From assembly GCA_963822485.1 (NCBI GenBank), contig CAWGHW010000002.1, positions 20,507-84,506 on the forward strand: DNA of 64,000 bases. The letters run 5' to 3'. Positions 17,119 through 26,239 of this stretch are shown here, piece by piece. Both the position numbers and the translations under genes were made by a program. The notes under the pieces were generated by a model that worked only from the letters and a program-made list of their open reading frames with translations, was not told where the DNA came from and did no database searches. Numbering within the stretch: the stretch's first letter is position 1; each line of letters begins with the position of its first letter. The DNA is from an uncultured Actinomycetota bacterium (GTDB lineage: Bacteria > Actinomycetota > Actinomycetes > Streptosporangiales > Streptosporangiaceae).

Positions 17119-18768
17119 GTGACAGCTACCGTGGCGAGCGGCAGAGGCGACAAGAAGGTCCTGGTCCTGACCGCGATGATCTTCGCGGTCGCGATGACGT
17201 TCATCGACCAGACGATCGTGTCCATCGCGGTTCCCAAGATCCAGTCCGAGCTGCACCTCAGCATCAACGGCGTGCAGTGGGTGGTCAACGCCTACCTGCT
17301 CGCCCTGGCCGCCGCGTTCACCTTCGGCGGCCGGCTGGCCGACATGATCGGGCACCGCCGGATGGTGGTCATCGGCATCGTGACGTTCGCGCTCGCCTCG
17401 ACCGCCTGCGGCCTGACTCCCAAGGGCTCCTACGCGGCGGCCTGGATCATCACCTGGCGAGTCATCCAGGGCATCGGCGGAGCGATCATGTACCCGGCGG
17501 CGCTGGCCATCGTGGTCTCGGCGTACCCGGTGCGCGAGCGCGGCCGCGCCCTGGCCGTGTTCTTCGGGGTGGCCGGCGGCCTCACGGCCATCGGGCCGAT
17601 CCTCGGCGGCTACCTCAGTGAGTGGACCTGGCGGGCCATCTTCTGGGTCAACGTGCCGGTGGCCATCGTGGCGCTCGTTCTCATTGTCATCGCCCGCCCG
17701 GTGACCCAGAACCGGCCCGGCCGCCTGGACCTGTCCGGGCTGGTGCTCGTCGCCGGCGGCGTCGGCCTGCTCGTCTTCGGCCTCCAGCAGACCCAGGTCT
17801 GGGGCTGGGACAACGCCACCACGATCGGGTCCATGGCCGCCGGGGTGCTGCTGCTCATCGGGTTCGTGCTGGCCGAGCTGCGGGTCCGGCAGCCGCTGAT
17901 CGACGTGCGGCTGTTCCGGATCCGGGCGTTCGCGGTCGAGAACGTGGTCCTGTTCACCGCGATGATCGCCTTCATCCCGATCTTCTTCTTCGCCAGCGTC
18001 TACGCCCAGGTGGCGCTGGGAGACGGCCCCCAGGAGGCGGGCCTGTACCTGCTGGTGTTCTTCGCCGGGTTCGCGCCCGGTGTCCAGGTCGGCGGCCGGC
18101 GGCTGGACAAGCAGGGGGCCAAGGGCGTGGTCATGGCGGGCTGCGCCATCGCCGCCGTCGGGTTCGCCCTGTGGGCCAGCCGCGTCACCCACCTGAGCCT
18201 GGGCCAGCAGTGGTACTTCATCGTGATCGCCGGGTTCGGCATGGGCCTGATGCTCGGGCCCGCCAACACCGACGCCATCAACCAGGTCGGGCGCCTGTCC
18301 TACGGCGAGGCGACCGGCATTACCCAGACGGTCCGGAACTTCGGGGCCAGCTTCGGCCTGGCCGCGCTGGGCACCCTGCTGGTCACCGTGGAGCGCAATC
18401 ACCTGGTCACCCTGCTCCAGGGCCTCGGCCTGCCGGGGCCGGCCGCGCACAGCGCGGCCAGCAAGCTGTCGTCGACCCGCGGCGGGAGCGCCCCGTCCTC
18501 GGTGCCGCCCGCGCTGGCCCGGCACGTCTTCCACGCGGCTCAGCTCAGCCTGGCCCAGGGCATGCAGGCCGTGCTGTACGCGATGGCCGGCGTGATGGCG
18601 GTGGCCGTGATCGTGGCCGCCGCGGGCCTGCGCCGCGGCATCCACGCCGCCGCCGACGCCCAGGGCGAGCCGTCGGCGGCCGGGACTGTGGCGGCTGGGG
18701 AGGCAGCGGCTGGGGAGGCGGCGGCCGGGCAGGGGGAGGGCAGCCCGGCGCCGCACGCGGGCAGCTGA
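17119..18768 (+). CDS. MFS transporter, DHA2 (EmrB/QacA-like, ~14 TMS)
   Basis: 549-aa hydrophobic ORF. Motifs: FIDQTIVSIAVPKI, GGRLADMIGHRRM and WRAIFWVNVP. GTG start with GAGGGGAA upstream. Confidence 0.9.
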   Translation: MTATVASGRGDKKVLVLTAMIFAVAMTFIDQTIVSIAVPKIQSELHLSINGVQWVVNAYLLALAAAFTFGGRLADMIGHRRMVVIGIVTFALASTACGLTPKGSYAAAWIITWRVIQGIGGAIMYPAALAIVVSAYPVRERGRALAVFFGVAGGLTAIGPILGGYLSEWTWRAIFWVNVPVAIVALVLIVIARPVTQNRPGRLDLSGLVLVAGGVGLLVFGLQQTQVWGWDNATTIGSMAAGVLLLIGFVLAELRVRQPLIDVRLFRIRAFAVENVVLFTAMIAFIPIFFFASVYAQVALGDGPQEAGLYLLVFFAGFAPGVQVGGRRLDKQGAKGVVMAGCAIAAVGFALWASRVTHLSLGQQWYFIVIAGFGMGLMLGPANTDAINQVGRLSYGEATGITQTVRNFGASFGLAALGTLLVTVERNHLVTLLQGLGLPGPAAHSAASKLSSTRGGSAPSSVPPALARHVFHAAQLSLAQGMQAVLYAMAGVMAVAVIVAAAGLRRGIHAAADAQGEPSAAGTVAAGEAAAGEAAAGQGEGSPAPHAGS

Positions 18769-18926
18769 TCCGGTAGATCAGCAGGTCAGTGGCCTGACCA
18801 CGGCCTCAGAAAGCGGGGATCCCGGCGCCGCGCGGGGGCCCGACGGCGCCGGGGCCGCCGTCGCTGGGGCGGGGCGGATGGTCCAGACTAGGGGCGTTGG
18901 CATTGCGCCGAAATGGGGGGATTGTC

Positions 18927-20051
18927 ATGTCGGCCGTGCCGCCGGTGGTGATCGTCGGGGCGGGCCCGGCCGGACTCGCGGCCGCGGCGGCGCTGCGGCG
19001 GGCCGGGGTGGAGTCCGTGCTGCTCGAGCGCGGGCCCGCGGTGGCCACCTCGTGGCGGAACCGGCACGAGGGCCTGCGGCTGAACACCATCCGGTGGCAG
19101 TCCGGCCTGCCGGGACTGCGCATCCCGCGCTCGGCGGGGCGCTGGGTGAGCCGCGACGACTACATCAGCTACCTCGAGCGCTACGCCGCGGCGCACCGGC
19201 TGGACATCCGGCCGGGCGTGAACGTCCAGCGGCTGGACCCGGCCGATGGCGGCTGGCGGGTGATCACCTCAGCCGGGGCGGGCGAGATCAGCCGGGTGGT
19301 GGTGGCCACCGGGCACGACCGGGTTCCGTGGGTGCCCGAGTGGCCCGGCCGCGGCAGTTTCGTAGTCCCTGTCGTCCACGTGTCCGGACTCCAGCGGCCC
19401 AGTGACCTGGCCGGGCTCAGGGTCCTGCTGGTCGGCGCGGGCAACTCGGGGGTGGAGATCGGCGGGCACCTGGTCGACGCGGGCGTGGCCGGGCTGTGGG
19501 TGTCGGTCCGGACGCCGCCCAGCCTGCTGCCCCGCGAGATCGCCGGGGTGCCGCTCCAGCCGGCTGGCGTGCCGCTGACCAGGGTGCCCGAGCGGCTGGC
19601 CGACTCGGTCAGCCGGGTCCTGTCCCGGCTGGCGTTCGGCGACCTGTCCGGGTACGGGCTGCCGGCTCCGGAGCTGGGGCCCTACGCGCGGCTCCGGCTG
19701 ACCGGGGAGGCGCTGGCCGTGGACGAGGGCTTCGTGGCTCACCTCAGGGCCTGGCTCACGGTGGTGCCGGAGGTCAGCCGGCTCGACGGGCAGGAGGTCG
19801 TGCTGGCCGACGGCACCCGGCTGCGCCCGGACGTGGTGCTGGCCGCCACCGGGTTCCGGCGCGGGCTCGAGCCCCTGGTCGGGCACCTGGACGTGCTCGA
19901 CGAGGCGGGCCTGCCGCGCGGCGCGGCCGACGGCGGGCACCCGGTCCGGCCGGGCCTGTGGTTCATCGGGTACCGGGTCGAGGTCGCGGGCAACCTGCGG
20001 CTGCACGCCATCGACGCCCGCCGGATCGCTCGGGCCATGACCCGCGGCTAG
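18927..20051 (+). CDS. FAD/NAD(P)-dependent oxidoreductase (flavin monooxygenase-like)
   Basis: Track ORF 18897..20051. ATG 18927 is preferred because GGGGGA lies upstream. Two Rossmann motifs: VVIVGAGPAGLAAA and VLLVGAGNSGVEIG. Confidence 0.8.
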   Translation: MSAVPPVVIVGAGPAGLAAAAALRRAGVESVLLERGPAVATSWRNRHEGLRLNTIRWQSGLPGLRIPRSAGRWVSRDDYISYLERYAAAHRLDIRPGVNVQRLDPADGGWRVITSAGAGEISRVVVATGHDRVPWVPEWPGRGSFVVPVVHVSGLQRPSDLAGLRVLLVGAGNSGVEIGGHLVDAGVAGLWVSVRTPPSLLPREIAGVPLQPAGVPLTRVPERLADSVSRVLSRLAFGDLSGYGLPAPELGPYARLRLTGEALAVDEGFVAHLRAWLTVVPEVSRLDGQEVVLADGTRLRPDVVLAATGFRRGLEPLVGHLDVLDEAGLPRGAADGGHPVRPGLWFIGYRVEVAGNLRLHAIDARRIARAMTRG

Positions 20052-20064
20052 CGGTCCTCCGGCG

Positions 20065-20976
20065 CTAGCGGGGCTGGTCCTGCAGGCGGGCCAGCTCGGC
20101 CTCGGTCCAGGGCGGCTGGGCACCACGCCGGGAGGCGACCAGGGTGCCCAGCGCGTTGGCCCGGCGCAGCGCGGCGGCGGCGCCGAGGCCCCGGCCGATC
20201 GCGTCCAGCAGGCCGGCCGCGAACGCGTCGCCCGCGCCGACCGCGTCCTCCACCACGGCGCCCGGCGGCGGGGCCAGCGCGAAGTCGCCGTCCAGCAGCA
20301 GGAAGGCGGCGTCCGGCCCGGCGGTGACGGCCACCCCGCGCAGCCCGTGCCGGGCGGCCAGGCCGCGGCAGAACTCCTCCGGCGCGCCCCAGGTCACGCC
20401 CAGCGCCGGGGCCAGCTCGCGGGCCTCGGAGTCGCTGAGCTTGACCACGCTGGCCAGCCCGATGAGCTCGGCCACCACCTCCGCCGTCCACCAGCCGTCG
20501 CGCAGGTTCACGTCGTACAGTCGCACCGCGCCGGCGCACGACCGGGTGATCCGCGTCAGCCCGGCCCGCGCGCCCGGTCCGAGCTGGGCCAGCGTGCCGT
20601 AGATGACAAACTGGGGCCGCATCGCGGTGACCCGGTCCACCACCGAGCCGGCGCTGCCCCACTGCTCGAACGCCGCGGGCCGGCGGAGGGCGAACGCGGG
20701 ACTGCCGCTGGGGCTGACCGTGACCTGCGCCAGCCCGGTCGGCACGTCGGCCACCCGGCCGACCAGCGTGGTGTCAATGCCCCGGCTCACCATCTGGGCG
20801 ACGGCTGCGTCGCCGAGCGGGTCCTGGCCGACGGCCGTCAGGTAGGCGGCCGGGTAGCCGAACCGGGCCAGGTGGGACACCACGTTGAACGGCGCCCCGC
20901 CGATCTCGTCTCCGCCCGGCAGCCGGTCCCAGAGAATCTCGCCGATACCGACGGCCAGCATCGTCTCGCGCTTCAT
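20065..20976 (-). CDS. PfkB-family carbohydrate kinase (fructokinase-like)
   Basis: Terminal ~300 aa of the 687-aa track ORF 20065..22128. Motifs: GEILWDRLPGGDEIGGAPFNV and the C-terminal DAVGAGDAF kinase motif. Start at ATG 20976 or 20961. Confidence 0.85.
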   Translation of the reverse strand: MKRETMLAVGIGEILWDRLPGGDEIGGAPFNVVSHLARFGYPAAYLTAVGQDPLGDAAVAQMVSRGIDTTLVGRVADVPTGLAQVTVSPSGSPAFALRRPAAFEQWGSAGSVVDRVTAMRPQFVIYGTLAQLGPGARAGLTRITRSCAGAVRLYDVNLRDGWWTAEVVAELIGLASVVKLSDSEARELAPALGVTWGAPEEFCRGLAARHGLRGVAVTAGPDAAFLLLDGDFALAPPPGAVVEDAVGAGDAFAAGLLDAIGRGLGAAAALRRANALGTLVASRRGAQPPWTEAELARLQDQPR

Positions 20977-21044
20977 CCCGCTATTCCCGCTCCGCTCGCT
21001 CGCGCCTCGTCCTGCCTCGTACCTATTGCTGGGGCCCGTGCCAC

Positions 21045-21085
21045 ATCTTGACATCTCTTGACATCCCGCCGGCGATCTTGACATC
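21045..21085. promoter_or_regulatory. Three helically phased copies of (A)TCTTGACATC in the pfkB/rbsK divergent spacer
   Basis: Copies lie at 21045-21055, 21056-21065 and 21075-21085, with offsets of 10 and 20 bp. Each contains the -35-like hexamer TTGACA. Confidence 0.5.
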
Positions 21086-21120
21086 GTCGAGCGGTCGGCT
21101 GTCCGGGGCAGGAGCGCGGG

Positions 21121-22053
21121 TTGGGACAAGTCATCGTGGTCGGCTCGGTCAACGCTGACTACACGGTGCGCATCGGGCACCTCCCGCTGCCCGGCGAGAC
21201 GGTGACCGGGGGCCGGCTGGAGATCCTGCCCGGCGGCAAGGGCGGCAACCAGGCCCACGCGGCGGCCCGGCTCGGCGCGCGGGTCACGCTGGTCGCGGCC
21301 GTCGGCGATGACGCCACCGGGGAGCAGGCGCGCGCGGACCTGGTCGCGGACGGCATCGACACCAGCGGCCTGATCAGCGAGCCGGGTCCGAGCGGCGTCG
21401 CGGTGATCCTGGTCGACGCGGCCGGCGAGAACATGATCGCCGTCGCGCCGGGCGCGAACGAGCGGCTGACCGCCGGGCGGGTGAGCGAATTGCTGGCAGA
21501 CCGGGTGGCGGCGGACACGGTCATCCTGGCCAGCCTGGAGGTGCCGCTGGCCGCGGTGTCGGCCGCCGCCGCGGCCGCGGCGGCGGCGGACGGCGCGGTG
21601 CTGGTGGTCAACCCCGCGCCGGGTCAGGCCCTGCCGCCCGACCTTGTCGACGGCGTCATCCTGACCCCGAACGAGGGCGAGCTGCGCCGCCTGCCCCCGG
21701 CCGGGGACGACGGCACGGCCGAGCCGGATGAGGACGCGGCCGTGGCCTACCTGCTCGGGGCGGGCGCCCGCGCGGTCATCGTGACCCGCGGCAGCCGCGG
21801 CGCGACGCTGTTCCGGTCCGGCCGCGAGCCCGCGAGCTTCCCCGCTCCGCGGGTCGAGGTGGTCGACACGGTCGGCGCGGGCGACGCCTTCAACGGCGCC
21901 CTGGCCACCGCGCTGGCCGCCGGGCTGCCGCTGGACACCGCGGTCACGGCCGCCGTGCAGGCCGGCGCGGCCGCGTGCACCGGCCAGGGCGCCCGGCAGG
22001 CGCTGCCCCGGGCCGGCGACATCCCCGCGCTGCGCGCGGCCGGCCTGGCCTGA
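21121..22053 (+). CDS. rbsK: Ribokinase
   Basis: 310-aa ORF with a TTG start. Motifs: VVGSVNADYTV, PGGKGGNQA and DTVGAGDAFNGALA. Confidence 0.88.
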   Translation: MGQVIVVGSVNADYTVRIGHLPLPGETVTGGRLEILPGGKGGNQAHAAARLGARVTLVAAVGDDATGEQARADLVADGIDTSGLISEPGPSGVAVILVDAAGENMIAVAPGANERLTAGRVSELLADRVAADTVILASLEVPLAAVSAAAAAAAAADGAVLVVNPAPGQALPPDLVDGVILTPNEGELRRLPPAGDDGTAEPDEDAAVAYLLGAGARAVIVTRGSRGATLFRSGREPASFPAPRVEVVDTVGAGDAFNGALATALAAGLPLDTAVTAAVQAGAAACTGQGARQALPRAGDIPALRAAGLA

Positions 22054-22199
22054 GCCCGCGCCGCGGTTCCGCCGGCCGACGCGATGCGGCCCCAGCGATG
22101 TGGCTGGCCCTGTGCTGCAGCTCAACATGCCGCTCCGCCAGCACTGTCAATACGCGCCAGCATTGCTGCTGTCTTAGCCCGGGCGCGCCCGGCACTCGT

Positions 22200-22254
22200 T
22201 CATGATCACGCGGACTTTTCAGTCACTATGACTGAAAAGTCCGCGTGATCATGA
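22200..22254. repeat. Perfect 26-bp inverted repeat with 3-nt loop (TCATGATCACG-type palindromic element)
   Basis: TCATGATCACGCGGACTTTTCAGTCA-cta-TGACTGAAAAGTCCGCGTGATCATGA. Lies between the convergent rbsK and APH-like genes. Confidence 0.97.
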
Positions 22255-22298
22255 ATGCCACTATTTCAGCCGACTTGTCCACTCCGACTGGGCGGATC

Positions 22299-23057
22299 TC
22301 AGTCCAGGAGAGCGCGGGTCCAGGCCTGGCGGTGCCGGTCGATGTAGTCCGCGGCCGGGCCCCAGTGCCCGGCGTGCCCCTCGGCGTGCAGACGGGCCCA
22401 CGGCTGCGCCCCGGTCCGGGCCGAGCGGGTCAGCAGGTCGTACATGCCGCGGGTGTGCGCGCCGATGAGCGCGGGCAGCGCCCGCCGCTGGCCGGCGTCC
22501 AGGCCGTAGCCGTCGGCCAGGGCCCGCAGCCGCGGTCCGTCGGCGGCCGGGTCGCCGCCCGCGGCCAGCGGCACGAACCCGTGGGCGGCGTAGGCCAGGT
22601 CCCACAGCCGCGAGCCGGGCCCGGCCCCGTCCCAGTCGATGAACACCCACCGGTCACCGTCCAGCACCAGGTTCCACGGCGCGAGGTCGTGATGGCAGAT
22701 CAGATCCCGGCGGTCGGGCGGGATGACCACGTCCCACCGCGCGTCCGCCGGCGGCTGGAAGTCCGCGGCCGCGTCGTGCAGGGCGCGGATCAGCGCGCCC
22801 ACCCGGTGCAGGCCGCCGGGATCGAGCGGGGGCCGGGTGTCGGCCAGCGGACCGGGGATGTACTCCAGCACCTGCCGTCCCTGCTCGTCCCGGCCCAGCG
22901 CGCGCGGCGCCCCGGCGAACCCGGCCGCCTCCAGGTGCCGCAGCAGCGCCTCGACGGCCGGGGTCGCGGGGGTCGCCGGCTTGCGCACGGTGGCGCCCAC
23001 CCGGACCACGCGGGCGGCGACGTTCCCGCCGGTGAGTACGTACTCCTCAGGTGACAT
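22299..23057 (-). CDS. Aminoglycoside/hydroxyurea-type phosphotransferase (APH family kinase)
   Basis: 252-aa ORF. Catalytic loop is LICHHDLAPWNLVL, followed by VFIDWDGAGPGSRLWDLAY. Confidence 0.8.
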   Translation of the reverse strand: MSPEEYVLTGGNVAARVVRVGATVRKPATPATPAVEALLRHLEAAGFAGAPRALGRDEQGRQVLEYIPGPLADTRPPLDPGGLHRVGALIRALHDAAADFQPPADARWDVVIPPDRRDLICHHDLAPWNLVLDGDRWVFIDWDGAGPGSRLWDLAYAAHGFVPLAAGGDPAADGPRLRALADGYGLDAGQRRALPALIGAHTRGMYDLLTRSARTGAQPWARLHAEGHAGHWGPAADYIDRHRQAWTRALLD

Positions 23058-23136
23058 CAGCGCTCCGGGGCGGGAGGTAGCGGGTGCATCGGGCCGGGCC
23101 TGCTGGCTCGCGCCGCCCCGGCTGGCCGCCGCGGGC

Positions 23137-25146
23137 TCACCGCGGCCGCCCCATGCCGGGCCGCGCCAGGCGCAGCAGGTACTCCTGGCGGTTGAGCGGG
23201 TTGTCGTCCCAGCGGGCCCGGACCGGGTACGGGCCGCGGACCGGCTGGTAGTGGTCGAACGCCGACTCCAGCAGGCCCTCGCCGCGGGCGAGCGCGGGCA
23301 GCTGCTGCTGTAGCTCGTGCGTCCGGGCCGCCGGGATGTCGCCGTCGAGCACGCTCACCGGGCCCCCGGCCGTCTGGCCGCGGGGCACGGCCCGCAGCCG
23401 GGCCAGCGCGGGCAGCACCGCGCCCACGGTGTCGGCCGGGACCTCCAGCCGGAAGTGGTGCACCGGCTCCAGCACCTGGGTGCCGGCCTGCCGGAGCGCA
23501 GCCATCAGCACCAGCGGCGTCAGGTTGCGGAAGTCGCCGGCCGTGCTCGACATGGTCTTGTCGAAGGTGGCGTGCGCGTGGCTCTGGCGCGGCCAGTAGC
23601 CCGAGTGAGTGAGCGTGACCACGGCGTCGGTGACCTGCCAGCCGTACAGGCCCTGGCGCAGGGTCAGGTGCACCGTCTCCTCGATCGCCTTCAGGAACGC
23701 CAGGGGGAGCGCCCCCAGCTCGATCTCCAGCCGGAACGTCACGCCCGCACCCGCCTCGGCCGGGTCCACCCGCAGCCCGATCCCGGCCAGGAACGGGTTG
23801 GGCGGCTGGCCAATGACCTCCACCGCTGTGCCGCTGCCGACCGGCCGCTCGATGCAGATCGTGGTCGTCTCGCGGAAGTCCACCTCGAGGCCGAAGTCGC
23901 CGCCCAGCGTGGCCTGGATGACTTCCTTCTGCACCTCGCCGTAAAGCGAGACCGAGATCTCCTGGCGCACGTCGTCCTGCCGGACCCGGATCAGCGGATC
24001 CTGCTCGGCCAGCTGGCCCAGCGCCGCGTACAGCGCGCCCAGATCGGACCGGCGGCACGGCACCACCACGGTCTCCAGCGTCGGCGGCGGGAACGAGCCC
24101 GGCCCGGCCCGGCCGCGGCCCGCCGCCCCGGCCGCGCCGATCAGGTCGCCGATCCGGACCTCGGCCAGGCCCCACAGGCGTCCGATCTGCCCGGCGGTCA
24201 CCGCGTCCCGCCGGGCGGCCGCGCCGCGCTCGAACACCGCGATCGAGGTCACCCGGCCCGTGCGGTCCGCGCCGAAGCACAGCCGGTCCCGCACCCGCAG
24301 CGTGCCGGAGAACATCCGGACGTAGGCGATCTTCTCCCCGGCCAGCCCGCGCTCGACCTTGAATACCGTGCCCGAGGCCGGCCCGTCGCCGTCGCCGCAC
24401 GCCGCCGGGAGCAGCCGGACGATCCCGTCCAGCAGCGCGCCCGCGCCCGCGCCGGTGATCGCCGACCCGCAGAACACCGGGTGCACCAGCCCGCGCCGGG
24501 ACTGCGCCGTCAGCGCCCGCCGGAGCCGTGCGTAGGACACGCTGGCCTCGCTCAGGTAGGCGGCCAGCAGCTCGTCGTCGTGATCGGCCAGCACCTCGGC
24601 CAGCCGGCTCGTGAACTCCCCGTCCGCCGGGCCGTACGGGGCGCAGCTCGCCGCCTTCGTGCCCAGGTCACGAGCCGATCCCATGGCGATGACCGCCGGG
24701 GTCAGCTTCTCGGCGATGGCCGCCAGCGTCCGGCCGGTGTCCGCGCCGCCGCGGTCGATCTTGTTCACGAAGATCAGCGTCGGGATGCCCAGCCGCTCCA
24801 GGGTGCGCATCAGCACCCGGGTCTGCGCCTGCACGCCCTCGACCGCCGAGACCACCAGCACCGCGCCGTCGAGCACGCTGAGCACCCGCTCCACCTCGGC
24901 GATGAAGTCCGGGTGGCCGGGCGTGTCGATCAGGTTGACCGTGACGTCGCCAACCACGAACGAGACGACGGCTGACTTGATCGTGATGCCGCGCTGGCGC
25001 TCCAGCGCCAGCGAGTCGGTCTGGGTGCTGCCGTCATCCACGCTGCCGATCTCGTCGATGACCCCGGCGGTGAACAGCAGCCGCTCGGTCAGGCTGGTCT
25101 TGCCGGCGTCAACATGCGCCAGGATCCCCAAGTTGAGCGTTCGCAC
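23137..25146 (-). CDS. Tet(M)/Tet(O)/OtrA-type ribosomal protection GTPase
   Basis: 669-aa ORF. N-terminus NLGILAHVDAGKTSLTERLL...LERQRGITIKS...NLIDTPGHPDFIAEV...DGAVLVVSAVEGVQAQT...FVNKID is colinear with remembered Tet(M). GTG start. Confidence 0.88.
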   Translation of the reverse strand: MRTLNLGILAHVDAGKTSLTERLLFTAGVIDEIGSVDDGSTQTDSLALERQRGITIKSAVVSFVVGDVTVNLIDTPGHPDFIAEVERVLSVLDGAVLVVSAVEGVQAQTRVLMRTLERLGIPTLIFVNKIDRGGADTGRTLAAIAEKLTPAVIAMGSARDLGTKAASCAPYGPADGEFTSRLAEVLADHDDELLAAYLSEASVSYARLRRALTAQSRRGLVHPVFCGSAITGAGAGALLDGIVRLLPAACGDGDGPASGTVFKVERGLAGEKIAYVRMFSGTLRVRDRLCFGADRTGRVTSIAVFERGAAARRDAVTAGQIGRLWGLAEVRIGDLIGAAGAAGRGRAGPGSFPPPTLETVVVPCRRSDLGALYAALGQLAEQDPLIRVRQDDVRQEISVSLYGEVQKEVIQATLGGDFGLEVDFRETTTICIERPVGSGTAVEVIGQPPNPFLAGIGLRVDPAEAGAGVTFRLEIELGALPLAFLKAIEETVHLTLRQGLYGWQVTDAVVTLTHSGYWPRQSHAHATFDKTMSSTAGDFRNLTPLVLMAALRQAGTQVLEPVHHFRLEVPADTVGAVLPALARLRAVPRGQTAGGPVSVLDGDIPAARTHELQQQLPALARGEGLLESAFDHYQPVRGPYPVRARWDDNPLNRQEYLLRLARPGMGRPR

Positions 25147-25684
25147 GAAGCGTCATGTCCTTCGAATAGGCGGAAATTGCCCTCGGGAAAGACACGAACG
25201 CTGCACGCATGGCACGCTCCCTGGCTGGTCGGCTGGTGGCTGGCTGTCTCGGGCAGTCCAGCAGACGCCGCCGCGAGCGGCAAGTGATTTCCGGCCGGCC
25301 TGCGGTGTCAGCCGCTGTCCGGGCGGCCGGTGTGCGGGCGGCCGGTGTGCTCGGATCCCGCCGCCTCGCGTAGTCCCGGCGCCCTTCGCCGGCGTCTAGC
25401 AACGTAAGCGCCGACGGGTCGCATCAAGGCGCAGCCGCGCCGCCGGCGCCGGCCGCGAGCACCAGGAAGGGCGAAGTCCGATGGCATCGTCGCCAGGACT
25501 GTACGGCTACCCGTACCAGTCACCAATCCGCCGGTGAATGCGGCCGGCGCATTCCGTGATCATGACCGGCCGGGTTCGCGTGCACCCGCGTGTTACCGAT
25601 AACAGTGGCCAATTCGCGATGGAACGCGCGGGAAATCCGGGTTTCCCCGTGCGCTCGCATAGGAGACCAGCCGATACTGGGCCG

Positions 25685-26239
25685 GTGATCGGCGCTGCAT
25701 TCGGGATCAGGCTTGCTGAGGCCCAGGGCGGCGACGAAGATGCTTTCGCCTGCCTGTTCCGGGATGTCCAGCCTGTCTTGCTGCGCTACCTGCGGCTCAC
25801 CGCGCCGGGCGCGGCCGACGACGTGGCCAGCGAGACCTGGCTCCAGGTGGTGGCCGGGCTAGCCGGGTTCAGCGGCGGCGAGAGCGCGTTCCGGGCCTGG
25901 CTGTTCACCATCGCCCGGCACCGGGCCATCGACTGGGGCCGCGCGCAGGCCCGGAGGCGCACGGTCCCGCTGGCCGAGAGCGACTCCGCCGAGCGGCTCA
26001 CCGTGCCCGACGCAGCCGAGGCGGCGCTGGAGCGGATCTCTACCCAGGCCGCGCTGGCCCGGGTGTCGACGCTGCCGCCCGATCAGGCCGAGATCATCCT
26101 GCTGCGGGTGGTGGCGGGCCTGGAGGCTACCGAGGTGGCCCGCATCGTCGGCAAGTCCCCCGGCGCGGTGCGGGTCGCCGCCCATCGCGGCCTCCGGCGG
26201 CTGGCCGCCGCCGCGGATCGGGCCGGTGTAACACGATGA
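25685..26239 (+). CDS. ECF RNA polymerase sigma factor
   Basis: Track ORF 25538..26239. Region 2 reads DEDAFACLFRDVQPVLLRYL...ETWLQV...WLFTIARHRAIDW. Region 4 reads EATEVARIVGKSPGAVRVAAHRGLRRL. The start is uncertain, either GTG 25685 or ATG 25619. Confidence 0.85.
   Translation: MIGAAFGIRLAEAQGGDEDAFACLFRDVQPVLLRYLRLTAPGAADDVASETWLQVVAGLAGFSGGESAFRAWLFTIARHRAIDWGRAQARRRTVPLAESDSAERLTVPDAAEAALERISTQAALARVSTLPPDQAEIILLRVVAGLEATEVARIVGKSPGAVRVAAHRGLRRLAAAADRAGVTR

Noticed and set aside
16918-18756. 612-aa minus-strand ORF, and the 701-aa ORF at 15183..17288
   Set aside because: They are antisense to the MFS transporter and S9 peptidase genes. The composition is low-complexity and Arg/Gly/His-rich.
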